The notes below the pieces were generated by a model. The model was not told the DNA's origin. It ran no database searches and saw nothing but the letters and a program-made list of their open reading frames with translations. This document shows positions 16,929 to 26,170 of a stretch of DNA of 45,777 bases, piece by piece. The DNA comes from a virus (lineage: Duplodnaviria > Caudoviricetes): the IMG/VR virus record IMGVR_UViG_3300037755_000534, positions 1 to 45,777 of that record; one strand, given 5' to 3'. The position numbers and the translations under genes are program-made. How positions within the stretch are numbered: the stretch's first letter is position 1; each line of letters opens with the position of its first letter.

Positions 16929-17191
16929 GGGACGTTATCGAATTTGACGGCCACGCGGTCGCCGATTTTCGACGCGACGTCTTTCCGACGGTGCGTGCGA
17001 CCGTAGTGAACGTGATCACGGATATAATCGATCCGGACGATGACTCGCTGCATGAAAATTGCGACGGGGAGATCGCGGAACTCAAAAAGCAGATCGACGA
17101 CCTCGAGGAGGATCGCGCTCGACTCGAAACCAAGTTGGACGAGGCTCTTACACAGCGCGACGCGTACGCCGCGCTGCTGGGGGTGAAGTGA
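16910..17191 (+). CDS. hypothetical coiled-coil protein
   Basis: GGAGG RBS; acidic coiled-coil C-terminus. Confidence 0.6.
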   Translation: MSFAIIGDVIEFDGHAVADFRRDVFPTVRATVVNVITDIIDPDDDSLHENCDGEIAELKKQIDDLEEDRARLETKLDEALTQRDAYAALLGVK

Positions 17192-17490
17192 TGCGCCTGA
17201 CAGCGGAGCAGCGCCATGCGCAGATCGTCGCCGCGGCGCACGGCCTGTCCGCAGAGGGCGGGTTGTACGAGTGGACGCTCGACGACGTGGCGACGATGGT
17301 AGGGTGCTCGCGCAGCGCGGTGCGCCATTATTTTACCAGTGCCAAGGCGCTCCGCGACCGCGTGATTACCGACGCGATCGAACGGCGCGACCTGGACATC
17401 TGCGTACAGGCGCTCGCCAAGTACGACCCGCTCAGGGAGAACATGACGCCGCACCTCAAGCGGGCGGCAGCGGCGCACCTGGCGACATGA
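17191..17490 (+). CDS. TetR-type HTH protein
   Basis: TLDDVATMVGCSRSAVRHYFTS. Confidence 0.75.
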   Translation: MRLTAEQRHAQIVAAAHGLSAEGGLYEWTLDDVATMVGCSRSAVRHYFTSAKALRDRVITDAIERRDLDICVQALAKYDPLRENMTPHLKRAAAAHLAT

Positions 17491-17780
17491 GACGCAGCAA
17501 GCGCAGAGCACGCCGGGTGCGATCGTGCTTCTGGTGCGAGCGCCATCTTGAGGGGTCGGAAAGCGGATCGAGCGTCGCGTTCACCCGCGATCACGTCGTA
17601 CCGCGGTCACAGGGGGGCACGAGCACCGTCCCATGCTGCAGGGCGTGCAACAACCTCAAGGGCGACATGCTGCCCGACGAGTGGCGCGCCTATATGCGAG
17701 CCAACCCGGAGTGGTGGAAGCTCTACAAGAGGCGCCTGCGCTCGCCGGCGGAACTGCGTAACGGGGTGCCCAAGCTGTGA
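17487..17780 (+). CDS. HNH endonuclease
   Basis: CFWC..TRDHVVPRSQGG..CRACNNLKG. Confidence 0.85.
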   Translation: MRRSKRRARRVRSCFWCERHLEGSESGSSVAFTRDHVVPRSQGGTSTVPCCRACNNLKGDMLPDEWRAYMRANPEWWKLYKRRLRSPAELRNGVPKL

Positions 17781-18088
17781 GCCGACCGCACGCCTGGGTT
17801 TATCACACGGCGGCGTGGTTGAAGATGCGGGCCGAACAGTTGCGCAAGGAACCGCTGTGTCGGTACTGCGGCGCGATGGGGTGGACCGTACCGGCGACGA
17901 CCGTCGATCACGTTACGCCTCATAAGGGCGACAGGAATCTAGCGTTCGATGCGGACAACCTGCAATCTTTGTGCAAGGATTGTCACGATCGACACGCGCA
18001 GGCGAAGGACAAGGGGCAACCGGTGGCAGGGTGCGACGCGGACGGATACCCGCTGGATCCGGGGCATAAGTGGAGCAGCGATGCGTAA
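17777..18088 (+). CDS. HNH endonuclease, HK97 gp74-like (terminase-associated type)
   Basis: W...R..QL.KEPLCRYC..ATTVDH..H.GD..NLQSLCKDCH..GCDADGYP. Confidence 0.8.
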   Translation: MSRPHAWVYHTAAWLKMRAEQLRKEPLCRYCGAMGWTVPATTVDHVTPHKGDRNLAFDADNLQSLCKDCHDRHAQAKDKGQPVAGCDADGYPLDPGHKWSSDA

Positions 18089-18968
18089 AGTTCCTCGCAT
18101 TTGGTACAACGAAAACGACCCGAACGCCGCGAACTGGCTGCGCGTGCTGATCGCGTGCGGGCACATAGCGCCGGGCGTCGTGGATGAACGGAGCATTGAA
18201 GATGTACGACCAAGCGACCTTGCCGGATTTATCCAATGCCATTTCTTCGCCGGGATCGGAGGATGGCCCCTCTCCCTGCGGCTCGCCGGATGGCCCGACG
18301 ACAAGCCCGTATGGACGGGGAGTTGTCCGTGTCAACCTTTCAGCGGCGCAGGCGCTCGCCGTGGGACTGATGACGCGCGGCACCTATGGCCACACTGGCG
18401 ATGGCTCGTCTCGCAGTGCGACCCTCCAGTCGTCTTTGGAGAGCAGGTTGCGAGCGCGGATGGGCGCAAATGGCTCGCCGGAGTACGTGCTGACCTGGAA
18501 GCACTGGGATATGGAGTCGGGGCCGCCGATCTGTGCGCTGCGGGCGCGGGCGCCCCGCATATCAGACAGCGCCTATGGTGGGTGGCCGACTCCATGCGGA
18601 CAGGACGGGCCGAAGGGCGGACCGGGACAAGGGACGGATCGCCTTCCGGGCTGTGCCCAACTCGCCGGCTGGCCGACCGCATCGGCGCGCGACTGGAAAG
18701 ACACCCCGGGCATGGCCACAACTGGCGTGAACCCGGACGGCTCGATCCGCAACAGGTCGGACCAGCTTCCACGGCAGGCGGCGCTTGCTATTGGGGAGAA
18801 TACGACATTATCCCCTGCACCGACGACCGGTCGCGGCGCGTTGAACCCGGCACATTCCCGCTGGCTCATGGGGTACCCGGAAGAATGGGACGATTGCGCG
18901 GTTACGGCAATGCTATTGTTCCCGAAGTCGCGGCGGCGTTCATAGAGGCGTTTACATGCGCGCCCTAG
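18081..18968 (+). CDS. C5-cytosine DNA methyltransferase, alpha chain
   Basis: FFAGIGG (I), SCPCQPFS (IV), EQV (VI), HIRQR (VIII), YGNAIV (X). Confidence 0.85.
   Translation: MRKVPRIWYNENDPNAANWLRVLIACGHIAPGVVDERSIEDVRPSDLAGFIQCHFFAGIGGWPLSLRLAGWPDDKPVWTGSCPCQPFSGAGARRGTDDARHLWPHWRWLVSQCDPPVVFGEQVASADGRKWLAGVRADLEALGYGVGAADLCAAGAGAPHIRQRLWWVADSMRTGRAEGRTGTRDGSPSGLCPTRRLADRIGARLERHPGHGHNWREPGRLDPQQVGPASTAGGACYWGEYDIIPCTDDRSRRVEPGTFPLAHGVPGRMGRLRGYGNAIVPEVAAAFIEAFTCAP
18202..18945 (+). CDS. alternative-frame beta chain of the C5 methyltransferase (start uncertain)
   Basis: Nested +1-frame ORF with WPTP/WPTASARDWK repeats and LNPAHSRWLMGYPEEW (motif IX-like). Confidence 0.65.
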   Translation: MYDQATLPDLSNAISSPGSEDGPSPCGSPDGPTTSPYGRGVVRVNLSAAQALAVGLMTRGTYGHTGDGSSRSATLQSSLESRLRARMGANGSPEYVLTWKHWDMESGPPICALRARAPRISDSAYGGWPTPCGQDGPKGGPGQGTDRLPGCAQLAGWPTASARDWKDTPGMATTGVNPDGSIRNRSDQLPRQAALAIGENTTLSPAPTTGRGALNPAHSRWLMGYPEEWDDCAVTAMLLFPKSRRRS

Positions 18969-19140
18969 CGTACTCGCGCGCCTCGTCGGTCAGGCGTCCG
19001 AACTTCACCATGAGCCGCGCCATGTGGCGATCCGCATCGGTTTTCGCCGCCTCGTCGAGATCGGCCTTTACCTGCTCGAGCGTGCGAACCGGAATGGCGA
19101 GCCGCTCGGCGTGCTTGGTCAGTTCCTTGTGGGTGAGCAT
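18952..19140 (-). CDS. hypothetical protein (62 aa), cassette 3
   Basis: GGAG RBS; follows 19142-19309. Confidence 0.6.
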   Translation of the reverse strand: MLTHKELTKHAERLAIPVRTLEQVKADLDEAAKTDADRHMARLMVKFGRLTDEAREYARARM

Positions 19141-19141
19141 G

Positions 19142-19309
19142 TCAGTTACTCCCGCCCGCAAGCTGGTAAGCCTGCTGAATTTCGTTCATCGAAGCGCCGG
19201 GATGATCCTTGCGGTAACGCACCGCAAAGGCGCGAAGCGCGATCAGTGCGGGACTCGGCGCGAGCATCGCGGCGCGCTGTTCCGGGGTGAGTTGATCAAG
19301 GTAGCTCAT
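19142..19309 (-). CDS. hypothetical protein (55 aa), cassette 3
   Basis: MSYLDQLTPEQRAAML..; GGAGA RBS just after the promoter. Confidence 0.6.
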   Translation of the reverse strand: MSYLDQLTPEQRAAMLAPSPALIALRAFAVRYRKDHPGASMNEIQQAYQLAGGSN

Positions 19310-19336
19310 TGGTCGATCTCCGTTGCTGTTGGTATC

Positions 19337-19371
19337 AATATACGCATTGCGCCCTAGGACGTCAAGCCCTA
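19337..19371 (-). promoter_or_regulatory. repeated promoter/operator, copy 3
   Basis: TAGGGC-TTGACG-17 nt-TATATT; one mismatch to copy 1. Confidence 0.8.
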
Positions 19372-19372
19372 A

Positions 19373-21646
19373 ATGAGACAAATAAATCAGTGGATCAACT
19401 GGCAAGAAGTGCAGCGCCCCGGCGAGCCGAAGCCCGCCAAGGTGCCTTGCGTCCCGGTCAACGCCCCTGAGCGGTGGGCGCCGTACGACGTGGCAGCGGC
19501 GATCGACCCGGTGCATGTGGGCTTTGTGCTCACCGACCGCGACCCGTATTTTTGTATCGACCTGGATCACGCTTGGGACGGGGCGAACTGGAGCCCGCAG
19601 GCGCTCGATACGCTGGCGCGCTTTGCCGGCGCATATGTCGAGGTGAGTTACAGCGGCGACGGGCTGCATATCATAGGCCGCGGCGCGCCGCCGGATGGCT
19701 ACACCACGCGGGGGCCGGGCGTCGAGTTTTATACGCAGGGCCGTTTTATCGCCATCACCTGGCGCCACGCGCAGGGCGACCCGGATACGGACTGCACGGC
19801 GGCGCTCGCCGCGTGGTGCCCGCTCTATCTGCGCCCGGCGTCCATGCCGGGCGAGGTGCAGGGCTGGACGGACGGCCCGTGCGAGGGCGCTACGCCCATA
19901 GCGGACGATGATGCTCTTATTGCCAAGATGCTCGGCGCGCGCCCGTCGGCCGGCGTGGCCTTTGGCGGCAAGGCGAGCGCGGCGGACTTGTGGAACGCCG
20001 ACGCGCAGGCGCTTGCGGACGCGTGGCCGTCGCCTACCGACGCATGGGACCGGTCGGCGGCGGATGCTGCGCTTGCGGCGCACCTGGCGTTCTGGACGGG
20101 TAAGGATTGCGAGCGGATAGCACGCCTTATGCGGTGCTCGGCGCTGGTGCGGGAGAAGTGGGACCGGCGCGGCGACGATTATCTCGCGCGGACGATCACG
20201 GGGGCGTGCGGACGCGTGAACAAGGTGTACACCGTGCAACCCGTGGGTGGGGCCCTGCCGGGTGCCGAGCGTGCGCCAGGATGGAATTATCTGACAGTCG
20301 AGCAGCAGCACGAGCATTTTGCCGGATGCGTCTATGTCGTGGGGCTACACCGGGTGCTTATGCCAAACGGCGAATTGCTCAAGCCCGAACAGTTCAACGG
20401 CAAGATGGGCGGGCACGATTTTGAGATTGCATATGGCGGGCGCCCTGAAAAAAAGGCGTTCAATGCGTTCACCGAGTCCCGCCTTACCAGATTTCCAAAG
20501 GCGGACAAGATGTGTTTCCGTCCGGAGGCGACGCCGGGCGCCATCATCAATGAGGACGGGCTTACGCTGGTCAACACGTACGTTCCCGCGCAGGTGCCTC
20601 TGTCGTTTGGCGACGTAACGCTGTTTCTCGATCATCTGGGGCACATGCTGCCCGACAAGCGCGACCAAACGATCCTGATCTCCTACCTCGCCGCGCTGCG
20701 TCAATATCCAGGCGTCAAGTTTCGCTGGTGCCCGCTTGTACAGGGCGTGCAGGGCAACGGGAAAAGCTCGATCATGAACACTGCGGAATATATATGCGGC
20801 AAGCGGTACACGCACAAACCGAGCGCGGCGAACCTGAGTGACTCGGGGCTGCGATTCAACGGGTGGATGGCTCAAAAACTCCTGGTGCTGATCGAAGAGG
20901 TGTACGTGACCGATCGGCGCGAACTGCTCGACGCGCTGAAACCGTTGATCACCGATGATCGGGTGGAATTCCAGCCGAAGGGCGTCGACCAGGTGACGGC
21001 CGAGAACAGGGCGAATTTCATCCTGACGAGCAACCACAAGGACGCCATCCTGAAAACCGACGACGATCGCCGCTATGCGATTTTCTACACCGCGCAGCAG
21101 GCATATGGCGACCTGGCGCGGGACGGGCTGACGGAGTCGTATTTCACGACGTTCTGGCAATGGATGAATAGCGGCGGATATGCGAACGTCGCGGGCTACC
21201 TGCAGCGGTATGCGATACCCGACGCATTGAATCCGGCGACCTATTGTAACAGGGCGCCGCATACGTCGAGCACGGACGCCGCCATACAGGAAAGCCGCGG
21301 CGTGGTGGAGCAGGAGATAATTGCCGCTGTGGAGGAAGGGCGTCCAGGCTTCTGCGGCGGGTGGATATCGAGCGTGCGGCTGACGCAACTGCTGACCGAA
21401 CTGCGCCGCAACGTGGCGCCTCGCAAGCGCCGCGCGCTCATGGAGTCGATCGGATACGTGCCGCACCCTGCCTTGCCAAACGGACAGGTGAACACGCCCA
21501 TCATGCAAGAGGAAATGAAGCGTCCTGTTCTGTACGTGCGTCGCGACTCCATACCAGCGCTCAACATTACTGAGGGTGGCGAGGCCGTCTATAATTATAT
21601 GAACGCGCAGGGATACGGCGCTATAAAATTACACAGCGTTCCATAA
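19373..21646 (+). CDS. NrS-1-like primase-polymerase/helicase
   Basis: CIDLD, EVSYSGDGLH, EFY..GRF; helix-bundle D.S..D..LAFWTG..REKWD; Walker A GVQGNGKS. Confidence 0.85.
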   Translation: MRQINQWINWQEVQRPGEPKPAKVPCVPVNAPERWAPYDVAAAIDPVHVGFVLTDRDPYFCIDLDHAWDGANWSPQALDTLARFAGAYVEVSYSGDGLHIIGRGAPPDGYTTRGPGVEFYTQGRFIAITWRHAQGDPDTDCTAALAAWCPLYLRPASMPGEVQGWTDGPCEGATPIADDDALIAKMLGARPSAGVAFGGKASAADLWNADAQALADAWPSPTDAWDRSAADAALAAHLAFWTGKDCERIARLMRCSALVREKWDRRGDDYLARTITGACGRVNKVYTVQPVGGALPGAERAPGWNYLTVEQQHEHFAGCVYVVGLHRVLMPNGELLKPEQFNGKMGGHDFEIAYGGRPEKKAFNAFTESRLTRFPKADKMCFRPEATPGAIINEDGLTLVNTYVPAQVPLSFGDVTLFLDHLGHMLPDKRDQTILISYLAALRQYPGVKFRWCPLVQGVQGNGKSSIMNTAEYICGKRYTHKPSAANLSDSGLRFNGWMAQKLLVLIEEVYVTDRRELLDALKPLITDDRVEFQPKGVDQVTAENRANFILTSNHKDAILKTDDDRRYAIFYTAQQAYGDLARDGLTESYFTTFWQWMNSGGYANVAGYLQRYAIPDALNPATYCNRAPHTSSTDAAIQESRGVVEQEIIAAVEEGRPGFCGGWISSVRLTQLLTELRRNVAPRKRRALMESIGYVPHPALPNGQVNTPIMQEEMKRPVLYVRRDSIPALNITEGGEAVYNYMNAQGYGAIKLHSVP

Positions 21647-21870
21647 ATTATGGGGAATTACACAAATTATACAAATTATAACCCTATGCAAAAACCCTTT
21701 AGAATCAATGGCCCCTATGTTACTACGCAAAAGCGACTCCCCTTCCCCTCCTATTTCTCTACTCCAACCCCTCTTTTACATAGGGAACATAGGGAACATA
21801 GGGAATGGCGGAAAACGGGGAGTTATAATTTCGTTGCGTAGGGGTTTGCATAGGGAACCTAGGGAACTTG
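21645..21870. repeat. AT-rich region with iteron-like repeats, putative origin
   Basis: AATTAYACA-like x3; CATAGGGAA x3 in tandem (21779-21805) plus two more copies (21849-21866); directly after the primase. Confidence 0.55.
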
Positions 21871-22134
21871 ACGGACGTTGAAATTATAGCGTACGTTGCG
21901 TTTGTTCCTCACTCGGAACGCCTCCCTGTAGACTCGCCCCGTGGCCATAAACCGCGGGGCGTTCTTTTTGTGCGTTGCGAACGACAAGCGACCGACCGCG
22001 AGCGTTGCGAACGACGCGTGCGAAATGTGTTGACGGGGGGTGGGTTCGAAAGTCAAAATCATGGACGGACAGGACCGGCGTGGGGACTACAAATTTTCAC
22101 GCTGCATATTTTGGGCTGATTATGGGAAATAGCG

Positions 22135-22380
22135 ATGCACTACAAAAACGGACGCGAAGCGAAGAACGGCGACAAGGTTGTGCTGATGGATCCGTACGGC
22201 GGAACAACCGTTGGCATTCTGTACGACGCGACGGCCGGCAACGACTACTGCAATGGGAAGCTGGCCGTCACTCGCCCCAACGACCCGTGCCCGAACCTGA
22301 AGGACTGCCTGCACCTGGACGACGTGCTGGCGGCGGTTGAAGCCGACGACGCGTGTAAGTCGCCGGACGTCGCGGCGTAG
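22135..22380 (+). CDS. small hypothetical protein (81 aa)
   Basis: MHYKNGREAKNGDKVV..; typical phage codon use; abuts terS. Confidence 0.7.
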   Translation: MHYKNGREAKNGDKVVLMDPYGGTTVGILYDATAGNDYCNGKLAVTRPNDPCPNLKDCLHLDDVLAAVEADDACKSPDVAA

Positions 22381-22382
22381 CG

Positions 22383-22853
22383 ATGGGGAAGCGGGGACCG
22401 AAGGGGAAGCCGGCCGACGTCAAGCGGCTCGAGGGCAACCCGGGTTGTCGACCGCTGCCCGAGAATGTCGTCGAGCCTGGCGGCGACGTGCATTGCCCAC
22501 CGCACCTGACGGGCTACGCGCTCACGGTGTGGAACGAGATCGTCGCGTCCATGCCCGCCGGCGTCTACAAGGCGACCGATAGCGCGCTGCTCGCGGCGTA
22601 TTGCACCGCGGCCGACGATCTCCAGACGGCGACGTTCCATCTCATGATCGAGGGGCACGTGATCCCCGGCGTGAACGGGCCGCGGCGCAACCCGTGGACC
22701 GTGATTTCCAGTCAGGCGCGACAGCAGCTTGCGACGATCGGAACGCGGCTCGGGCTGGATCCGATGGCGCGCGAGAATATCAAGGCGCCGCAAAGCAAAC
22801 CGCCCGCGTCAAAATTCACGGGGCTGGTGGGGATCAATGGCGGGAAGGCGTAG
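22383..22853 (+). CDS. terS: terminase small subunit (P27 type)
   Basis: MGKRGPK..GNPG.R, W..I, D..LLAAYC, NP, LGLDP.AR. Confidence 0.9.
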   Translation: MGKRGPKGKPADVKRLEGNPGCRPLPENVVEPGGDVHCPPHLTGYALTVWNEIVASMPAGVYKATDSALLAAYCTAADDLQTATFHLMIEGHVIPGVNGPRRNPWTVISSQARQQLATIGTRLGLDPMARENIKAPQSKPPASKFTGLVGINGGKA

Positions 22854-22860
22854 CGCCCCG

Positions 22861-23166
22861 CTATGTGCGGGGCGCTCTGTTCGTTCCGCGCGCCTTGGCG
22901 AGGGCGGCGCGTGCCTGCGCCGCTTCCTTGGGCCACAAGTCGCTGGCGCCGTCCCGGTCGTCATGCTTGGTGAGCATCGCCTCCAGCGCCGCGAGCATGT
23001 CGTCATGGACGTTGACGGCGCGGACGATGCGGCGGGCGTTTCCCGACTCGTTCGGTCCGCCTGTCGAAGCGACAATCTCAGCGCCGCCGAGCGCGGGGTC
23101 ACCGTCCCATATGTAACCGTCGCCACCATCAAACCAAGGCCCGGGCGTGTGCGTTGCGTCGGTCAT
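22861..23166 (-). CDS. hypothetical protein, cassette 4, inserted between terS and terL
   Basis: HTPGPW..NARRIV.AVN..MLAALE; AGGAGA RBS; hairpin gcgccccgc/gcggggcgc at its end (22854-22876). Confidence 0.75.
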   Translation of the reverse strand: MTDATHTPGPWFDGGDGYIWDGDPALGGAEIVASTGGPNESGNARRIVRAVNVHDDMLAALEAMLTKHDDRDGASDLWPKEAAQARAALAKARGTNRAPRT

Positions 23167-23215
23167 CGTCTCGTCTCCTGTGTTCGGCGGGCGCCATCGC
23201 CCTGTCCATGTCCTG

Positions 23216-23250
23216 AATATAAGCGATGCGCCCTAGGGCGTCAAGCCCTA
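23216..23250 (-). promoter_or_regulatory. repeated promoter/operator, copy 4
   Basis: TAGGGC-TTGACG-17 nt-TATATT. Confidence 0.8.
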
Positions 23251-23252
23251 AT

Positions 23253-24908
23253 ATGAAAAAAAGCGTCACCGTCTGCCAGGGGCAATATACCGACGCCATA
23301 ACGTACGATCCGGACGCGGGGTACTGGCGCAACCCGGCGCGCGCCGAGCGCGTCATAGCGTTTATCGAGTGCCTCACGATCCCGAGCGGCGTCGGGGCGG
23401 GCACGCCGTTCAAGCTGCGCCCGTGGCAGCGTGACTATATCCGCGACATTTACGAGCGGTGCGACGAGGCCGGCCGGCGTATCGTGCGCCAGGGCGTGCT
23501 CAGTATGGCGCGCAAGAACGGCAAGACGGCGATCATCGCCGCGATGGTGCTGGTGCATCTGGTGGGACCGGAGGCGATCCTCAACGGCGAGATATACAGC
23601 GCGGCGAACGACAAGGAACAGGCGGCGATCATCTACAAGTTCGCCGCGCAGTTCGTGCGCGCGGATCCGGAGATCGACGCTGCGGAGGGCGGACTGCTGA
23701 GTTGCGTCGACTCGACGAAGCGCATCGTCTGCCGATCGAACGGATCGTATTACCGCGCCTTGTCGCGAGAGATGAAAACCAAACACGGGCTCAACCCATC
23801 GTTCGCGATTTACGACGAGCTCGCGCAGGCGATCGACCGCGACCTGTTCGACACGCTGAACACCGCGGACAGTGCGAGGGATGAATTCCTGTTCGCCGTG
23901 ATCAGCACACAGTCGCGCGATCCGCAGCATATCCTTAGCGAGCTAATCGATCGCGGGTTGTCGCACACGGACCCGACGGTTGTCTGCCACCTGTACGCGG
24001 TGGACGAGGAAGCCGACCCGTTCGACGAGTCCCTGTGGCCGTTGGCGAACCCGGCGCTCGGCGACTTCAAGTTGCTCGAGCGGATGCGCGAGAAGGCGCG
24101 CGACGCGAAGGCCATGCCATCGTTCATGCCGTCGTTTCTGAACCTGGAGCTAAACCAGCGCGTCGACTCCGTGCCGTCGCTGATCAACGTCGCCGACTGG
24201 AAAGCCTGCCACGATCCGGACGCGGAGTTACGGGAGGGCGAGGATATTTACCTGGGGCTCGACCTGTCCGCGACGACGGACCTGTGCGCGCTGGCGGCCG
24301 TGTCCGCTGAGGATGGTAACCGGCTCGACGCGTGGTTTTGGAAGCCGCGCGACCTGATCCACCTGCACGAGAAGCGCGACCGCGCGCCGTACGAGCGTTG
24401 GATGACCGAGGGGTATCTGATCGCGGCGCCTGGGCGCGACGTCGATTACGACCTGATCGCAATCAAGATCGCCGAGTTGGCGCAGACGTATCGTATATTG
24501 GGCATCGCCTATGATCGCTGGCGAATGGCCGTGCTTATGAAATGTTTTGAACGCTTGGAAATTAACGCGTATTATGAACAGGATGCAGACGACACGGACG
24601 GGATTCGTTTCGTCGAGTGGGGGCAAGGCTACAAGGACATGGCGCCTGCGGTCGACGCATTGGACAAGGCAGTCGCGGCGCGCACGCTTGCACACCGCGG
24701 ACACCCTGTTCTGACGTGGTGCTTTTCGAACGCGGTCGCGACGGTGGATCCTGCGGGCAATCGGAAACTGGACAAGTCAAAGGCGCGATTCCGAATCGAC
24801 GGGGCCGTTGCGGCGACAATGGCGCTCGGGCTCAAGGCGCGCGACGCACTCGAGGATGACGGCGATTTCGACGGCTTTCTCAACAATCCGATTTCGGTAA
24901 GCGCCTAA
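23253..24908 (+). CDS. terL: terminase large subunit
   Basis: LRPWQ, ARKNGKT, IYDE, GLDLS, YDRW, RIDGAVA. Confidence 0.95.
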   Translation: MKKSVTVCQGQYTDAITYDPDAGYWRNPARAERVIAFIECLTIPSGVGAGTPFKLRPWQRDYIRDIYERCDEAGRRIVRQGVLSMARKNGKTAIIAAMVLVHLVGPEAILNGEIYSAANDKEQAAIIYKFAAQFVRADPEIDAAEGGLLSCVDSTKRIVCRSNGSYYRALSREMKTKHGLNPSFAIYDELAQAIDRDLFDTLNTADSARDEFLFAVISTQSRDPQHILSELIDRGLSHTDPTVVCHLYAVDEEADPFDESLWPLANPALGDFKLLERMREKARDAKAMPSFMPSFLNLELNQRVDSVPSLINVADWKACHDPDAELREGEDIYLGLDLSATTDLCALAAVSAEDGNRLDAWFWKPRDLIHLHEKRDRAPYERWMTEGYLIAAPGRDVDYDLIAIKIAELAQTYRILGIAYDRWRMAVLMKCFERLEINAYYEQDADDTDGIRFVEWGQGYKDMAPAVDALDKAVAARTLAHRGHPVLTWCFSNAVATVDPAGNRKLDKSKARFRIDGAVAATMALGLKARDALEDDGDFDGFLNNPISVSA

Positions 24909-26170
24909 TGGCAACGTGGACTCCGACCGACGGGTATTTCGGCACGCTGCTATCCGCGCTGTTGGGCCGCGCCGCGCGCCGCGTATCCGGCGAACGCCAG
25001 GACTCGGGCACCGGCGGGGGCGGCGCGACGGCAGTCACGCCCGACACGGCGCTCAAACTGTCGGCGGTATGGGCGTGCGTCAAGCTGATCAGCGAGGCCG
25101 TCGGCGCCATGCCCATTCGCGTCTGGCAGATCGGCCGCGACGGCACGCGCACGCTGACAACCGAGCATTGGATTCACAAGCTGCTCAACCACAGCCCCAA
25201 CCGCTATCAGACGCGCAACGAGTTTTTTGAAACCGTCGTGTTCAGCCTGGAAATGTTCGGCAACGCCTATGTGCGTCCGGTGCGTCGCAAGGACGGTAGC
25301 GTTGTGTCGCTTATGCCGATGATGGCGCCGCAGATGGAAGTCACTCTCGCGCTCAACGGCGACCGGCTTTACAAGTACACCGACGGCCGCAACGTCGCCG
25401 CATTCGCGCAGGATAATATCTGGCACATGATGCTCATGCCGAGCAACTCGATCGTCGGGTTGTCGCCGCTGCATTACGGCGCGCGCACGATGGGTATTGC
25501 GATGGCCGCGGAGGATCGAGTCGAGACGCTCGCCGCCAACGGCTTCAAGCCTACCGGCGTGCTCATGATCGACAAATCGCTCAAGCCGGAACAGCGCGAG
25601 CAGATTCGTAATCAGTTCGCCGACCTGCAGGAAGGGAAGGGCGACCCGCTCAAGGTGCTCGAGGCGGGCATGAAGTACCAGGCGATCACGATGTCGCCGA
25701 AGGACGTCCAGCTTCTCGAGTCGCGCCGGTTTCAGATCGAGGATATCTGTCGCTTCTACGGAACGCCGTCGGTCCTTGTGAACGATACGAGCGCAACGAC
25801 CGTGTGGGGATCGGGCATCGGCGAAATCAAGGAAGGATACTATACGCTCAAGGTGCAACCGCTTCTCGAGCGTATCGAGTCCAGCATAAGCAAATGGTTG
25901 CTTGCGCCCGAAGAACGCGATAAAATCGCCATTGAATTTGATTTCGCTGCGTTTCTACGCGGGAACGAAAAGAGTCGGGTGGAGATGGCAACCCAAGCGA
26001 TCGCCGGAAATCTTATGATGATCGACGAGGCGCGCCATCGGTTCGACGGGTTGCCCCCGCTGCCGGATGGTAAGGGGCAGGTGATGTACGCGCAGTCGCA
26101 AATGATCCCGATCGGTTCAAGCGCCCCGGAGGGCAAGGACGATGACGACCCGCAGCCTCCCGAAAATTGA
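24908..26170 (+). CDS. portal protein (HK97 family)
   Basis: AVWACV.LIS, PN.YQT..EF, GLSP, ICRFYG motifs; follows terL. Confidence 0.92.
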   Translation: MATWTPTDGYFGTLLSALLGRAARRVSGERQDSGTGGGGATAVTPDTALKLSAVWACVKLISEAVGAMPIRVWQIGRDGTRTLTTEHWIHKLLNHSPNRYQTRNEFFETVVFSLEMFGNAYVRPVRRKDGSVVSLMPMMAPQMEVTLALNGDRLYKYTDGRNVAAFAQDNIWHMMLMPSNSIVGLSPLHYGARTMGIAMAAEDRVETLAANGFKPTGVLMIDKSLKPEQREQIRNQFADLQEGKGDPLKVLEAGMKYQAITMSPKDVQLLESRRFQIEDICRFYGTPSVLVNDTSATTVWGSGIGEIKEGYYTLKVQPLLERIESSISKWLLAPEERDKIAIEFDFAAFLRGNEKSRVEMATQAIAGNLMMIDEARHRFDGLPPLPDGKGQVMYAQSQMIPIGSSAPEGKDDDDPQPPEN

